A stretch of 64,000 nt of DNA from Azolla caroliniana (lineage: Eukaryota > Plantae > Polypodiophyta). The notes beneath the pieces were generated by a model, which was given only the letters and a program-made list of their open reading frames with translations, made no database searches and had not been told where the DNA came from. The DNA lies in contig JBHGNT010000012.1 of the NCBI GenBank assembly GCA_043228905.1, positions 19,530,001 through 19,594,000 of the forward strand. The letters are read 5' to 3'. The translations under genes and the position numbers were made by a program. Shown piece after piece: positions 1-11,789 of this stretch. The number at the start of each line of letters is the position of its first letter. The stretch's first letter is position 1.

Positions 1-3000
1 TGATTTGATTGGTCTTTCGGATTGGGATCGTTTATATGTTAATCCATAGTTAGATGTGTGTTTTAAATATCGCATAACTCATTGAAGTGATTTCCAATGC
101 ATAAGACCAGGGTTATGCATAAAGCGTGAAAGATAGTTAATTGCAAAACAAAGGTCAGGACGAGTCCCTGTGACTAAATATCGAAGTTTTCCTATTAATT
201 GTTTAAAAGGAAATTGTTGCATAAAATTAATATCTCTTTTTGTGGTTGGACTATCAGATATGCTTAAGTTACATGTTAATGATAAGGGAGTAGTGCAAGG
301 TTTAATGTTTAGCATTCCGAAGGATTTCAAAATTTCATTAATGAATTTATTTTGATGAATGATCAAGGTGCCCATACTACGATTACGCGTAACTTGCATG
401 CCTAGGAAATAAGATAGGGGACCTAAATCTGTTATTGAAAATGCTTTGGAAAGCTCTAGCTTTGCTTGAGTAATTTCAGATGGTGTTCCGACTATAGGAA
501 TGTCATCAACATATAATGCTACCACTAACAACCGATTAGATGAATGATTATGTCTAATGTATATATTTGGTTCTGATAACAATCTAGAATAGCCATGTGA
601 GAGCATAAAATTGTTAAATTTTTGAAACCATAACCTAGGAGATTGTTTGAGTCCATAAAGTGATCGATGTAATCGACACACATAGTTTGGTTGAGATTGT
701 GACTCAAACCCAGGAGGTTGGGACATGTAGATTTCCTCAGGTAAATCACCATGTAGAAATGCCGTTTGTACATCCAAATGATGTACTTTGAGATCAAGAA
801 TGGTGGCTAGAGCCATTAGGAGCCGAAAAGATGCCATACGGAGGACGGGTGAAAAAGTCTCAGAATAGTCAAGTCCTTCAACTTGAGAAAAACCACGAGC
901 TACAAGTCGAGCTTTGTAACGTGCAACAGTACCATCAGGGTTTAGTTTTTTCTTCAACACCCATTTGCATGAAATAGGTGAGCGTCCCATTGGGAGTGGT
1001 ACTAGAGTCCATGTTTTATTGGCCTCAAGAGATTCAAGTTCTTTTGCCATGGCGGCTTGCCATTCTACACGATCTGGACTTTGCAATGCCTCATTGATAG
1101 TTAAGGGATCATCAGAGACGTCTGATGTGGTTGTCGGGGAACCAAGAGCCGAAAAAGCAAACTCAGGTTCAAATCGATGGTCCGCAACAAGGGCATCAAT
1201 TTTTTGTGTGTGATCATAAAGATCTTGAATAGTACGAACTTTCTTTGGAGTCGATGTAGGGCTAAGTGAACTAGGTGATTTCGCATTGTCACAACAATTT
1301 TTATCTTCTACATGTTGACTATTAGTGGGATATGAGGTATTTCTACATCCTATTTTAATTACTTTTGCATCATTGTGACCATTGGTTTTCCCCTTATCAT
1401 TAAGGCGTGAGGATCTTCGTAGTGGGATCAAGAGATTTTGAATAGGATGGGAACCTGAATAATCAATGTGAGTTAATTGTGTTCTATCTAAAGGCTTTTC
1501 CTTATGAGTGCTAAATTGTTTATTAAGCCTTTGTTTAGTTTGCGTAGAGTTAGTATTTAAAATTGGAGTATGTACATCAGTTTGTTGTGATTGTTTGGTT
1601 ATTAGGGGCATTAAGTTGGAGTCATTGGTTGAAACTGGGACTTCTGGGCGAACCTCTAGAGATGAATGCATTAGTGGAGGAGGGTTAATTGGCATATGGT
1701 CAAGTGTGACTTGTTGAATTTCCGAGGACATTTGTGGAGCCCGCCAAGAATTAGTAGGTGATGATATTATTTCTTTATTAGATTCAATGTTAGACATGGT
1801 AGTCTCATCTTGTATCTTTTCATGGCCATGATGTGGGTGAGGATTAGATATTAGCTTATCTTCATCAAATATCACTCGTCGACTAAATATAAATCTTTTG
1901 GATTTTGGGTCATATAATCGATAACCCTTATAGCCATGAGGTTCGCCATACCCAACAAATATTGTGCGAACTGCGTGATTATCTAATTTTGATCGAGTTT
2001 CTAAGGGTACGAGTGCATATGATGGACATCCAAAGATTCTTAGATTTTCATAATTTGGATTTTTTCCAAACCACAAGGAAAATGGAGTTGTCCTAATTGA
2101 TCAACTATATGTTCTATTGAATATATAACAAGCGGTTGAAACGGCCTCTTCCCAATATGTTCGGGGAAGGTTTGCAATGGCAAGCATGCTACGAGTGGCG
2201 TCCATATACAACCGGTTTCGCCGTTCAGCCCTTGAATTGTGTTGGGGTGTATATGGGATGGTAAACCGTTGTTGAATCCCATGGTTTTGGCAATAAGTTT
2301 GGAAGTTTTGGGACTTGAATTCTCCACCACTGTCTGATTGTAGTACTTTAAGGGGTAAATCTTGTTGATTTGTTACAAGTTTGTGGTAGGCTTTAAATTT
2401 CTCAAGGACTTGATCACTACATTTTGTCTTGAGAAACGTGACCATCGTGAACCGAGTAAAGTCATCGATAAATGTTAGGAAATATACATTTCCAGATAGG
2501 GATGGGGTAGACAAAGGACCACATATATCCGTATGTACTAGTTGGAGGGGTTTGGTGGTCGTTGTAGGATGGGATGGAAATGGCGAGTTAGAAAGTTTTC
2601 CAAATATACACCCTTCGCAAAGGGATAATTTCGATTTACGAGGAAGAGTAAAGCCAATTGCTATATGTTGTCGGGCCATGTGAACCATTGTTTGATGGTT
2701 TAAGTGACCTAATCGATAGTGCCATAATAAGGTCATATAGTTTGATGTGTTTGAATCATCTATGTGGTGTGCTTCTTCAGCAGGTACCACAGAGCGGCCT
2801 AGAAGGTAAAGACATCCTTGTCTTGGACAATTGACGACATAGCCTCGTCCAGAGGGTGTCTTATGACGAATGATACAATATTTGTGATAAAACTCGACGG
2901 ATGTATTATCATTCGTGAGTTTATTGACAGATATCAAGTTTTTGGCTATGTTAGGTATATAGTAAACTTCATTGATTTCAATGAAGTTCCCATCAGAAAG

Positions 3001-4164
3001 TTCAAGATGAGCAGTCCCATGTCCAAGGGCATATTCAACCCCATTGTTCCCAAATCTAACCGGGAAAGGATGTTCTAAGGCCTTATAGTCTTTGAGCCAT
3101 TCAACTCTTGAGGTGAGATGACATGTGGCACCTGTATCAAGAATCCACGTTGAAGTGGGAGAATTGTTAAATGAAGTGAGGGCCATGAAGGCAATGAAAG
3201 AATCTTCATTATCTTCATCGGAATTTTGGTCATTATCACATATGTGATTATTTGGATCGTAGTCATCATGAGATGCATTATAAGATTGGTCTTCTTTATA
3301 TGTTCTTTTCCCGTTGTTAGAATTCCTATAACAATCTTTCGTTTCATGTCCGCTCCTTTGACAATTTTTACAAAAGGATCTAAGGAACCTAGATTTGTTA
3401 TGATTCCTTGAATCGTTAAATTTAGAGGTTCGTGAATAAAATTTGGAGTTATTAGGTTGGTATGTTGATTTAGGTTTATTGTAAGGTTTTTTATTGTAAT
3501 TTGGATGTTTGATATAAAGTGCGGTGTGAGATGAGGAGGGTTGATTTATTGCCCTACGAAGTATGTTTTCTTGTGAGATTGATGCAACTAATGTTGGGAC
3601 ACTAATGTTGGCGGATGTGGATTTTGTACTTATAAATGGTTGCCATGATGGGGGTAGGGCGGCTAACAAGAGGGCAGATTGAACGGAACTTGGCAAACTA
3701 AGTCCTGAAAGGATTACATCATCAAGTCGAAGTCTCCAATTTTTAACGAATGTATCAACATCATCATTTTCATTCATATTCATATTTATTAATGTTTTTA
3801 AATTTGCAACTTGGGACGTAACGTCCGTATGGAGGTAATCAGCCTCTAATCTATCCCATATTTGTTTGGAGGTAGTCAAGGTTCTCACACTTTGCTTAAG
3901 TGTGTCCTCCATATGAAGGAGAAGTTCTAAGCGAGCGTTTAAATCACGCCGCTTCCATGTTTGCACACCAAGTGCATTTGTGGGGTCGGGGCACACGTCG
4001 GTTCCATCGACGATTTTTAACAAGTCATGTTGTTCTAATATAATTTCCATGGTCATACGCCATGGTTGATAATTTTTATCATTCAATTTTTCAATATGAT
4101 AAGTGCGAGACGATACCTGGGCGGCATTTGCCGCCACATTTGCTATCACTCCACCGTTTGACAT
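1..4164 (-). pseudogene. Copia gag-pol polyprotein, one frame broken by in-frame TGA codons at 2101-2103 and 79-81
   Basis: ORFs 2101-4164 and 79-2076 share a frame (NRTYS*SIRTTPFSLWFG; HWKSLQ*VMRYLK). Both stops look like CGA>TGA transitions. Confidence 0.93.
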
Positions 4165-4244
4165 GGTCGAAAGTCGTTTCTTTAATTCGCACGTTCGTTA
4201 TTAACACCGCGACACAAATCTTGGTGGGGTTGGACTCCTTCACC

Positions 4245-4256
4245 GCTCTGATACCA
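4245..4256 (-). promoter_or_regulatory. Primer-binding site, initiator tRNA-Met
   Basis: TGGTATCAGAGC on the minus strand. Confidence 0.92.
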
Positions 4257-4258
4257 TA

Positions 4259-4496
4259 TGGTAAACGAGAAATAGAAAGAGAGGGAGAAAGGGAGAGAGA
4301 GAAAGAGAGGGAGAAAGAATGTTTTATGATAATGTGTGTTTGTCTCTCTCTCTACAACCAACCAACAGACCACAGAGAGAGAATGTGGTGGTTATAGGTG
4401 CACCCTATTTTTGGGGTGCACCTTTTCATATCATAAGGTTACGTTTTGTATTTACTTTCTTATTTACTTATTTACACTAATTAGTTTATTACAACA
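4259..4496 (-). repeat. 5' LTR (~238 bp) of the Copia
   Basis: Minus strand starts TGTTGTAAT and ends TTTACCA, 2 nt before the PBS. Confidence 0.8.
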
Positions 4497-4880
4497 GTAT
4501 GCGATCAAGAGAGTGAAAAACCACCAATTTGGGTGGTATTAGATGAGGTGCAAGATCCCCAAAATGTCTGTGTTGTTCTTCGCTCAACGTACTTCTTGGA
4601 AGCAAAAGGGGTTATAGTATGCACTAAGAATTCAACACCATTGCAGTTGTTAGTAAGGCTAGTCCAGGAGCTTTGGAATTTATGGAGCTTTGATCTTGCA
4701 AGATATTCTTGATGGGTGGAGAGTTGTGGGTGCCACTGTAGTTGGTCCTAATGTCATTCGAGTCAGAGATCTTCCACGAGGTGTGCCCACCATATTAATG
4801 CTTGGTGGTGAGGAAAAAGGACTCCGAACTAATGTGAAGATGGCATGTAATCATTTCGTTTGTATTCTTGGATTGCACAT
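4497..4880 (+). pseudogene. MRM1: SpoU/TrmH-family rRNA methyltransferase (MRM1-like) pseudogene fragment, disrupted by the Copia
   Basis: Translates PPIWVVLDEVQDPQNVCVVLRSTYFLEAKGVIVCTKNSTPL / VVSKASPGALEFMEL* / GWRVVG...PTILMLGGEEKGLRTNVKMACNHFVCI, matching SpoU motifs 1 and 2. Contains frameshifts and a stop. Confidence 0.8.
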
Positions 4881-4969
4881 TGAAAGTAATACAAAACAAG
4901 TTTTGGGGGAAGTTAGTGAGAACACACAAGATAATGGCATCAGTGGCGGTGATGATGATCAGAAGAAGA

Positions 4970-6480
4970 GAAACTACCTACAGACGCCTTGCTTCTTCTT
5001 GGTGTCCCCGGATGCATTGAGGTATGCGACAGGATCGGGAGAATAGCTCTCGAAGCCGACCGGATGACGGCGACAGCGATGGTGACAGTGATAGCCGAAC
5101 AGATGGTCCGACCGGCGGACATAGACAGCCACAAATAGATGGCTGACAGGCGGACACGGCAAACATTCGACAACCGGTGGAAAGATGACCACGGCCAGCC
5201 GGCGGAAATAGCCGGACAGACAAACCGGCAAACGGCAAATGGCGACTATCGAGATACAACCGACGAATGAAAAAGGCCTACACATGGCCAGACAGCAACC
5301 GTAGATGGCCCCGGATAGAGCCGGACGGGTCAAGAGCAACGGCCGACAGACAAAGCACTGAATAGACGGCGACAGTCGACCGAATACGCGGTCCGGCAGC
5401 CGGCAAACCGACAGCCGGTCGAGACAGATGACAAACAAAAGTGCTCCACTCAACATATGAAGTAAAGAACAAGAGAATCAAGAAAGAAGAAAAGGACAAC
5501 GATAGATAAGAAGAAGAAGGAGAAGCCTTAGAAGCAACTAGACAGAAAAGAATAGAAGGAAGCAACAACAGAAAAGAGAAAGAAGGGAAGAAGACAAAGA
5601 CAGAGAAGAAAACAAAAAGGAAAAAGTGAAAGGAAGAAAAAAACAAATATGTAAAAGAAAAGATTGAGGGCTAGATAAAAATTACGATAATGCAAGGGCA
5701 CGCAACCGAATTTTAAGAACCGGAGGGCAATGGAGGAGAATTTCACAAGCTCAAGGGTGGTATCCATTAAAATTTCAAAATTTTGAGGGTAAAAACGAAA
5801 ATTTTAAAAATTAAGGGATACAAATCATGAAATTACAAAAACACAACTCACATTATGAAAGAAAGAATACATAAATACACAACACGATTTCACGACCCAT
5901 GCCGCAGTAAACTAGCCGATTGGTGTATGATCCAATCGTGCATTGTGTTGACCGAACGAGAAGGTTCGAGTCAAGCAAAGCTCTGATCAAAGATATTGAT
6001 TGTAGAGCAGTGATCCGGTCCAGGGATTTTCCGACCATTGAGACGACCGATGGAGTTCCGGTCGATAAGAAAGACTACATAAACACACAACATGATTTCA
6101 CGACCCATGCCGCAGTAAACTAGCCGATTGGTGTATGATCCAATCGTGCATTGTGTTGACCGAACGAGAAGGTTCGAGTCAAGCAAAGCTCTGATCAAAG
6201 ATATTGATTGTAGAGCAGTGATCTGATCCAGGGATTTTCTGACCGTTGAGACGACCGATGGAGTTCCGGTCGATAAGAGTTGCCATGGTGAGTGGGTTCA
6301 CCGTGCAATGCACTGTCCCACAGGCGTGCCATGTGTTACCCGTAAGAATATACGGGGAGGCATAAGGGTATGTTTAATGATGTGCTTGATGTGTATGTAT
6401 AATGTGAATGAGTGTGTGAGGATGAGTATGTGTATGTGTATGTGTATGAGCCATTCTAGGTTTCACCCCCCACCCTAACA
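4970..6480. mobile_element. Non-coding LTR-element fragment ending in a short LTR-like segment (6334-6480), related to the Gypsy at 11300
   Basis: 6334 TGTTACC ... CCCTAACA 6480 (TGTTA/TAACA termini). The preceding ~45 nt are homologous to the sequence next to the left LTR of the 11300 element. Left boundary uncertain. Confidence 0.6.
5862..6277. repeat. Tandem duplication, 2 x 208 bp
   Basis: CACGACCCAT at 5891 and 6099; the copies are nearly identical. Confidence 0.93.
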
Positions 6481-7940
6481 ACACTGTTGGTTGCTTTTTG
6501 CGGCTCCACGCAACAGCCGCGCTACCAAGGGAAAACATATAGCCGGAAATGGATCGGCGATCAAATGCATCGCCGGCCTAGTCGACATCGGTGTAGTCGA
6601 CTAGCTCTTCGGTTATACCATGCCGATATAACAGGCCCCGTTCCTTCGTGCCGCTCACATATCGCAAAATTCAATGTGCGCATAGAAGGTGCTCCGTGGT
6701 AGGCTTCTGCATATATTGGCTAATCATGCCGACCGGATAATTGATGTCAGGTCAGGTGATTGTCAAATATATAAGGCTTCCGACGATTTTTCAGAACCAT
6801 TTCTCATCGCAGGCCGGTCTGGAGTCGGGACAGAGCTTCTGGTTCCAGTCCTGGGGTGTAGAGATAGGTTGGCATTCCGTCATGCCGAATTTGTACAGCA
6901 TATGCAACACATAGTGTCTCTGTGAGAGCAATATGCGGTCGGGGGTTCGGATCACCTCGATCCCAAGGAAATGTGAAGGTCCCCTAGGTCCTTCATCAAA
7001 TGCATCTGGCAACTGGGACTTGACTTGGCTGATTTCATTGAGTTCGGGTTCGGTGATGACTAGATCATCAACATACAACAAGATGCAAACTGGACCGTCC
7101 GAACCTTGCCTGATGAACAACGAAGAGTCAGACTTGGAGGCCGCAAACCCCATCTTATGCAACTGGTGCTTGATCTTCGCATTCCAAGCTCAAGGGGCTT
7201 GCTTCAAGCCATAAAGTGACTTCTTTAGCCGGCATACCGCCGACTTGTTCATCTCCGACTGGAAACCGGGGGGTTGGGTCATAAAGACCTCCTCGAAGAA
7301 ATGCATTCTTCACGTCCATCTGGTGAAAATGACACCCCCTTGCCACAGCAACCGCCAACACCACATGAACCATCGTCATATTCGCTACTGGAGCGAGGGT
7401 CTTGTCGTAGTCGATTCCATGGGTCTGCGCGTATCCCTTCGCCACTAACCGGGCCTTGTACCGGTTAACGGAACCATCGGCATTGTACTTTACCTTGTAC
7501 ACCCACTTACATCCGATCAGTTTACAGTGTCGGGGAGGGTCAACTAGGTCCCATGTGTCGTTGGCATCAAGTGCCCGCATTTCTTCCTTCATAGCGGCAC
7601 GCCAATGTGCGTCCTTTGCCGCTTTTGAGTAGCTCTCTGGCTCACCCACTTCCACCACCTTGGTCATGTACGCATAGTGATGCGCCATGTACTCATTATA
7701 CTTGTATCGCTTCACGGGGTTCTTCTGGCGGGACGACCGACGTAATCTACTGTTACCCGGTTTGAGGTCCTTCTTGGCCGGTTCGGACTTTGTTCCCGAA
7801 GATCCGCCTTCTTCCATACCGGAGTCGAATTTGCTCCGATCCGACTCAATGTTGCCGGTTTCATATTCCGGCATCTTCTTCTTCCCCTTCTGTTTGTGTG
7901 TGAACTGTCTCCTCGGTGTCGTGTGAATCTTCTCACACTA
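6481..7940 (-). mobile_element. Copia RT-RNase H fragment (degenerate)
   Basis: [49 protein letters not shown]. Cut on both sides by other LTR elements; resembles the family at 32557 and 42900. Confidence 0.9.
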
Positions 7941-8996
7941 TGTAAAAATAATAATAATAAAATAAGTACTTTATATTAGCTTAATGGCATGTTATAGAAA
8001 GATGGATATTTGAGAGGATAGGGAAAATAGAACTATGATTTATCCCCCATAGATAGAAAACTTAAGGCCCTGGCTATATAAGCACTTTGAGACCCCTCAT
8101 TTTCATTTGTGCTAAGAGCACTTTGGCCACTTTGTCTTGATGGATGATGGTGGCCATGTTCCCAAAAACCGTAACCGAAAACCATCGATAAGCAGAACCG
8201 GAACCGGCCGATAAGCAAAACCAGAAACTGGTCGGTAAACAAAACCGAAACCGGCTGGTTTAAGCAAAACCTGAAATTGGTCAATAAGCAAAACCGAAAC
8301 CGGCTGGTAAGCAAACCGGAACTGGCAGCGGAGCCGGTGAGGCGGCAACAATCGGTGACCGGACGAGGCTGGACGCAAACCAAACAGATAACAGGATCAT
8401 TTGGCTAATTAAAGTGAAGTGAAGAAAACTAAAGTAAAGGTCATGTGGACGGTCACATGCAACTAAAAATAGATGCAACTAAAAGTAGAGGCCGTGCAAC
8501 AAAAAGTGGAAAGGCTATGATCAACGGAGAACTCCATCTATATATATATATATATATATATTCCTACAGGGATACTCTCTCCATTAATTTTCTTTTCCTT
8601 CTTAGCTCCTCTATCTTATCGAAGCCATATCTCTCAAGTAAACCATAATTTCCTTACGAAAGCCATATCTTACTCATAACCCTAAATTTTCCATATGGAA
8701 GATATTCAACTCATAAAACTATTATCTCTTATCAAAGCCAAAAACCCTAATTCTCTATAGAATCCATATCTTAATTTCCTCTTATCTATTATTCCAGTAA
8801 TCTCCATTAGCTAAACTTTTTGTAATCTCAATCTTGAGATTGATTGTAATCTTTCTTTCCCTTTATTAATGAAATTTGTGAATCTTTCTCATTTTGTATT
8901 AATTGTTTAATATAATCATACGAATCTGATATCTTCCGGTCGGAGGCCCCAGGGTCCTGCCTCAAGTTCCCGTATCCTCGTCGTATTTTCGCAACA
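7941..8996 (+). repeat. 5' LTR (~1056 bp) of a tRNA-Trp-primed Gypsy
   Basis: TGTAAAA...GCAACA, TATA-rich tract at ~8540, AAAACCG-rich internal repeats, followed by a PBS. Confidence 0.75.
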
Positions 8997-9000
8997 TCTT

Positions 9001-9018
9001 TGGTGAACCCGATGTGAA
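9001..9018 (+). promoter_or_regulatory. Primer-binding site, tRNA-Trp
   Basis: TGGTGAACCCGATGTGAA, one mismatch to the complement of the plant tRNA-Trp 3' end as recalled (..TTCACGTCGGGTTCACCA). Confidence 0.8.
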
Positions 9019-9387
9019 ACGAGGCAGTAGGAGGATATCAAGTGCGATGATTGCTTCGACAAGCGGAACTCAAGGAGAAGAATTGATGAAAGGCATCATG
9101 TCCGTCATGGAAATCATGCTCAAGGCGAGAGGTCAAGAGGCTTTTATCAACAAAGTTAGATACAAAGACCCGAAGAGATGTAGCCTATACAAGTTCAACC
9201 TGTGGGTGTCCTCGACAAAGACCCACCATAGTGCCATACATGCTTTCGTTGAGTTTGAGTGTCGCTTTGCACAACTCTCAGAACTGGATCAAAGATTGGT
9301 AGGGGACGATAAGGTCCTAATGTTCGTGAGATCGATAGACCGGAAGGAAAGGAATGCTATTGGAATCCGACTTGAGGATGATGATGG
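9019..9387 (+). pseudogene. Gypsy gag fragment, interrupted by the Copia LTR at 9388
   Basis: EFECRFAQLSELDQRLVGDDKVLMFVRSID..LEDDDG aligns with EFEECFGRLSALDRTVLDTSHVLLFIKAVD..LETDDG at 28401. Confidence 0.75.
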
Positions 9388-9422
9388 TGTTAGGATCTCG
9401 GTCCCTCCAAATGGGATACGAA

Positions 9423-9670
9423 GACCTGGCAAAGGAAGACTTGGTGAGAACCGGATGATGCAGACCCGGTGAGAACCGGATGACGAGTACCCGGCAAGGA
9501 AGACCCAGTGAGAACCGGATGATGCAAACCCGGTGAGAACCGGATGACGAGTACCCGGCAAGGAAGACCCGGTGAGAACCGGATGATGCAGACCCGGTGA
9601 GAACCGGATGACGAGTACCTGGCAAGGAAGACCCGGTGAGAACCGGATGATGCAGACCTGGTGAGAACCT
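9423..9670 (+). repeat. 64-bp tandem repeat (~4 copies, 25+39-bp subunits) inside the Copia LTR
   Basis: CCGGATGATG recurs at 9451, 9515, 9579 and 9643. Confidence 0.93.
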
Positions 9671-9839
9671 CTCACTGGATGAAGGGACATATATGTAGAT
9701 ATGTTTCTGAGAGCCCATTGGGGCTATATCTGTAAATTGTCCTAATGTCATATTAGTATAAATGTGACCTAGGGCAAATAGTGTGTAAAAAGATTGTTGT
9801 TGTTATTATCTTTGTATAGCGTAATTGGTGTAACAACTG

Positions 9840-9879
<40 letters not shown>

Positions 9880-11299
9880 TACAGAGCATGTCTCTGTTGT
9901 AACCGCCGCCAGGTGAAGATTGTGAGCAAGAGGTCGTTGCCTCTGTGTTCCCTGTTGTACTCCTTGACATAGTGATATTTTGGAGTTTGTGGACTCCTGT
10001 GGTTTTCTCTCTCAGGGTTTTCCACGTTAACATCCTGTGTATTCTCTTTTCTGTTTGTGTACTTACCTCCATTCCCATTTCTTCTGTGTTTGATTGTCAT
10101 CAAGTGATCTACACTTCGGTTGTGGCCGGAGATTATTCCGCATATTTCTCGTTAAACTGGTATAAGAGCGAAATGACATAGAAAAATGGACGATTCGTTG
10201 GGAGGCATGTTCAAGTTCACCGACTCCAACTATTCAGTATGGAAGTCAAAGATGAGGGACATGCTCGTGGTTAAAGATCTTTGGTTGCTGGTTTAGTTCG
10301 GGGACAAGAGACCGGACAAAATCGATGCCACGATATGGGAGGTGATGCACATGAAGACAACGGCGTACATACGGTGCTTCATCGACATGAGTCTATACAA
10401 CAACTTCAATGAAGAGAGCAAGGCTCATGAGCTCTGGGAGAAGATCGGCATTATGTTTCAGAACAAAAATGCTATAAATCAGGTTTCGGTATTTCGGATG
10501 CTAGTAAGAGTCTGGTACCAAGATGGCTCCAACATGGCGGAGCACATGAATGCCTTCCAGGGGCTGATCCACCAGGCAACATCATTGGAAGTACCTCTCG
10601 CCGATGAGGTACTAGCACTACTCCTGCTCGGTTCCCTCCCAGATAGCTGGGAGATGTTGATTGTCACTTTGGGCAACGCCGGGCCGGAAGGGAAACGGTT
10701 ATCCCTAGCAAGAGTGAAGTCGAGCTTGCTAGATGAGGAGGCGCGTCGGAAAGACAAGGATACGAGCTCCGACTCCAAAGCGCTCCTTACCGAATCGGAA
10801 CGCAGAAGAAGACAAAGGAACCGTAGTCCCCAGAACCGGGAAAAGTCGAGGACACGGTCAAAGTCAAGGGGGAGGCCTACTTGCTTCTATTGCGGCAAGC
10901 TGGGACACTTCCAGAAGAACTGTCGGCACTTCCAAAAAGACAAGGAAACCGACGGTACCGATTCGAAGCGGAGACTGGACCGGAACAGTAAAGACCGGAG
11001 GTGACCGGACCGGAAGGGAACAACGGCAATCGCGGCAAGTGAAGAAGAGTTGATGCTCATCACCGAGGAGAGTGAGTTGAACCTTGCCGGCGACGAGACA
11101 ACGTGGGTTGTCAATTCCGGAGCGTCGTTCCACCTTACCCTGGACCGGAAATGCTTCTCATCCTACACATTCAATGATCACGGTTGTGTCCCGATGGGGA
11201 ATGAAGGTCCATGCCGAATTGTCGGCATAGGAGACGTGTGGTTGACAACACCAACCGAATGCAAGCTGCTGCTGAAGGATGTCCGACATGTTCCGGAGG

Positions 11300-11734
11300 T
11301 GTTAACTCTTAGGGCCGGAAAATGGCCTAACACAGGGTGTCTACGGAAGACACTTCACCAAAGGGGTGTTACGGCAAGAGGATTAGGCTCAACGATTAAT
11401 CCGACTTAATTAGGTCACTTAGCAAGATCATCCTTAATAATCACACGCGTAAGATATAACAATGAATGCAGAACAACAATTAACATAGAGAGATAAAAAC
11501 ACTAAGCTTCATTAATTATCCGCTCCTCATTACATTGTATCCGGGCCTTTAAATAGGTTTCCGGTTTGTAGTACAAAACGGTGCCATCCGCACATGTTCG
11601 GGATCGGTCCGGATCCGGAACGGCATACCGATTCCGGTCCGTCCGTCCACACTAATAGCTTACTTACAACCATTCCTTAATAATTAAATAACTCCTTCGT
11701 TTCACACTCTAGACTCCTTTGCCGGCCGGTAACA
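11300..11734 (-). repeat. 3' LTR of the Gypsy
   Basis: TGTTAACTCT...GGTAACA, direct repeat of 20763-21197. Confidence 0.96.
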
Positions 11735-11736
11735 CA

Positions 11737-11752
11737 TGGCACGCCCGTGGGA
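11737..11752 (+). promoter_or_regulatory. Second, antisense PBS-like site (tRNA-Arg(UCU)-type) at the position of the PPT
   Basis: TGGCACGCCCGTGGGA, 2 nt inside the 3' LTR; no purine tract there. Confidence 0.65.
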
Positions 11753-11789
11753 TAGTACCTTGTATGTCAAATCCACCATCCAACCCTTG

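Larger units (their letters stand above)
1..4496 (-). mobile_element. Ty1/Copia LTR retrotransposon (5' LTR, PBS, gag-PR-INT-RT; RNase H and 3' LTR run off the left edge)
   Basis: Gag (KLNDKNYQPW), zinc knuckle CKNCQRSGHETKDC, protease WILDTGATCH, GAG-pre-integrase WHYRLGH, integrase VHTDICGP/SDSGGEF, RT YKARLVARGF/LYVDD, in Copia order. Confidence 0.96.

Noticed and set aside
4974-5767. Antisense ORFs of 80-160 aa
   Set aside because: Low-complexity and purine-tract translations inside an element fragment.
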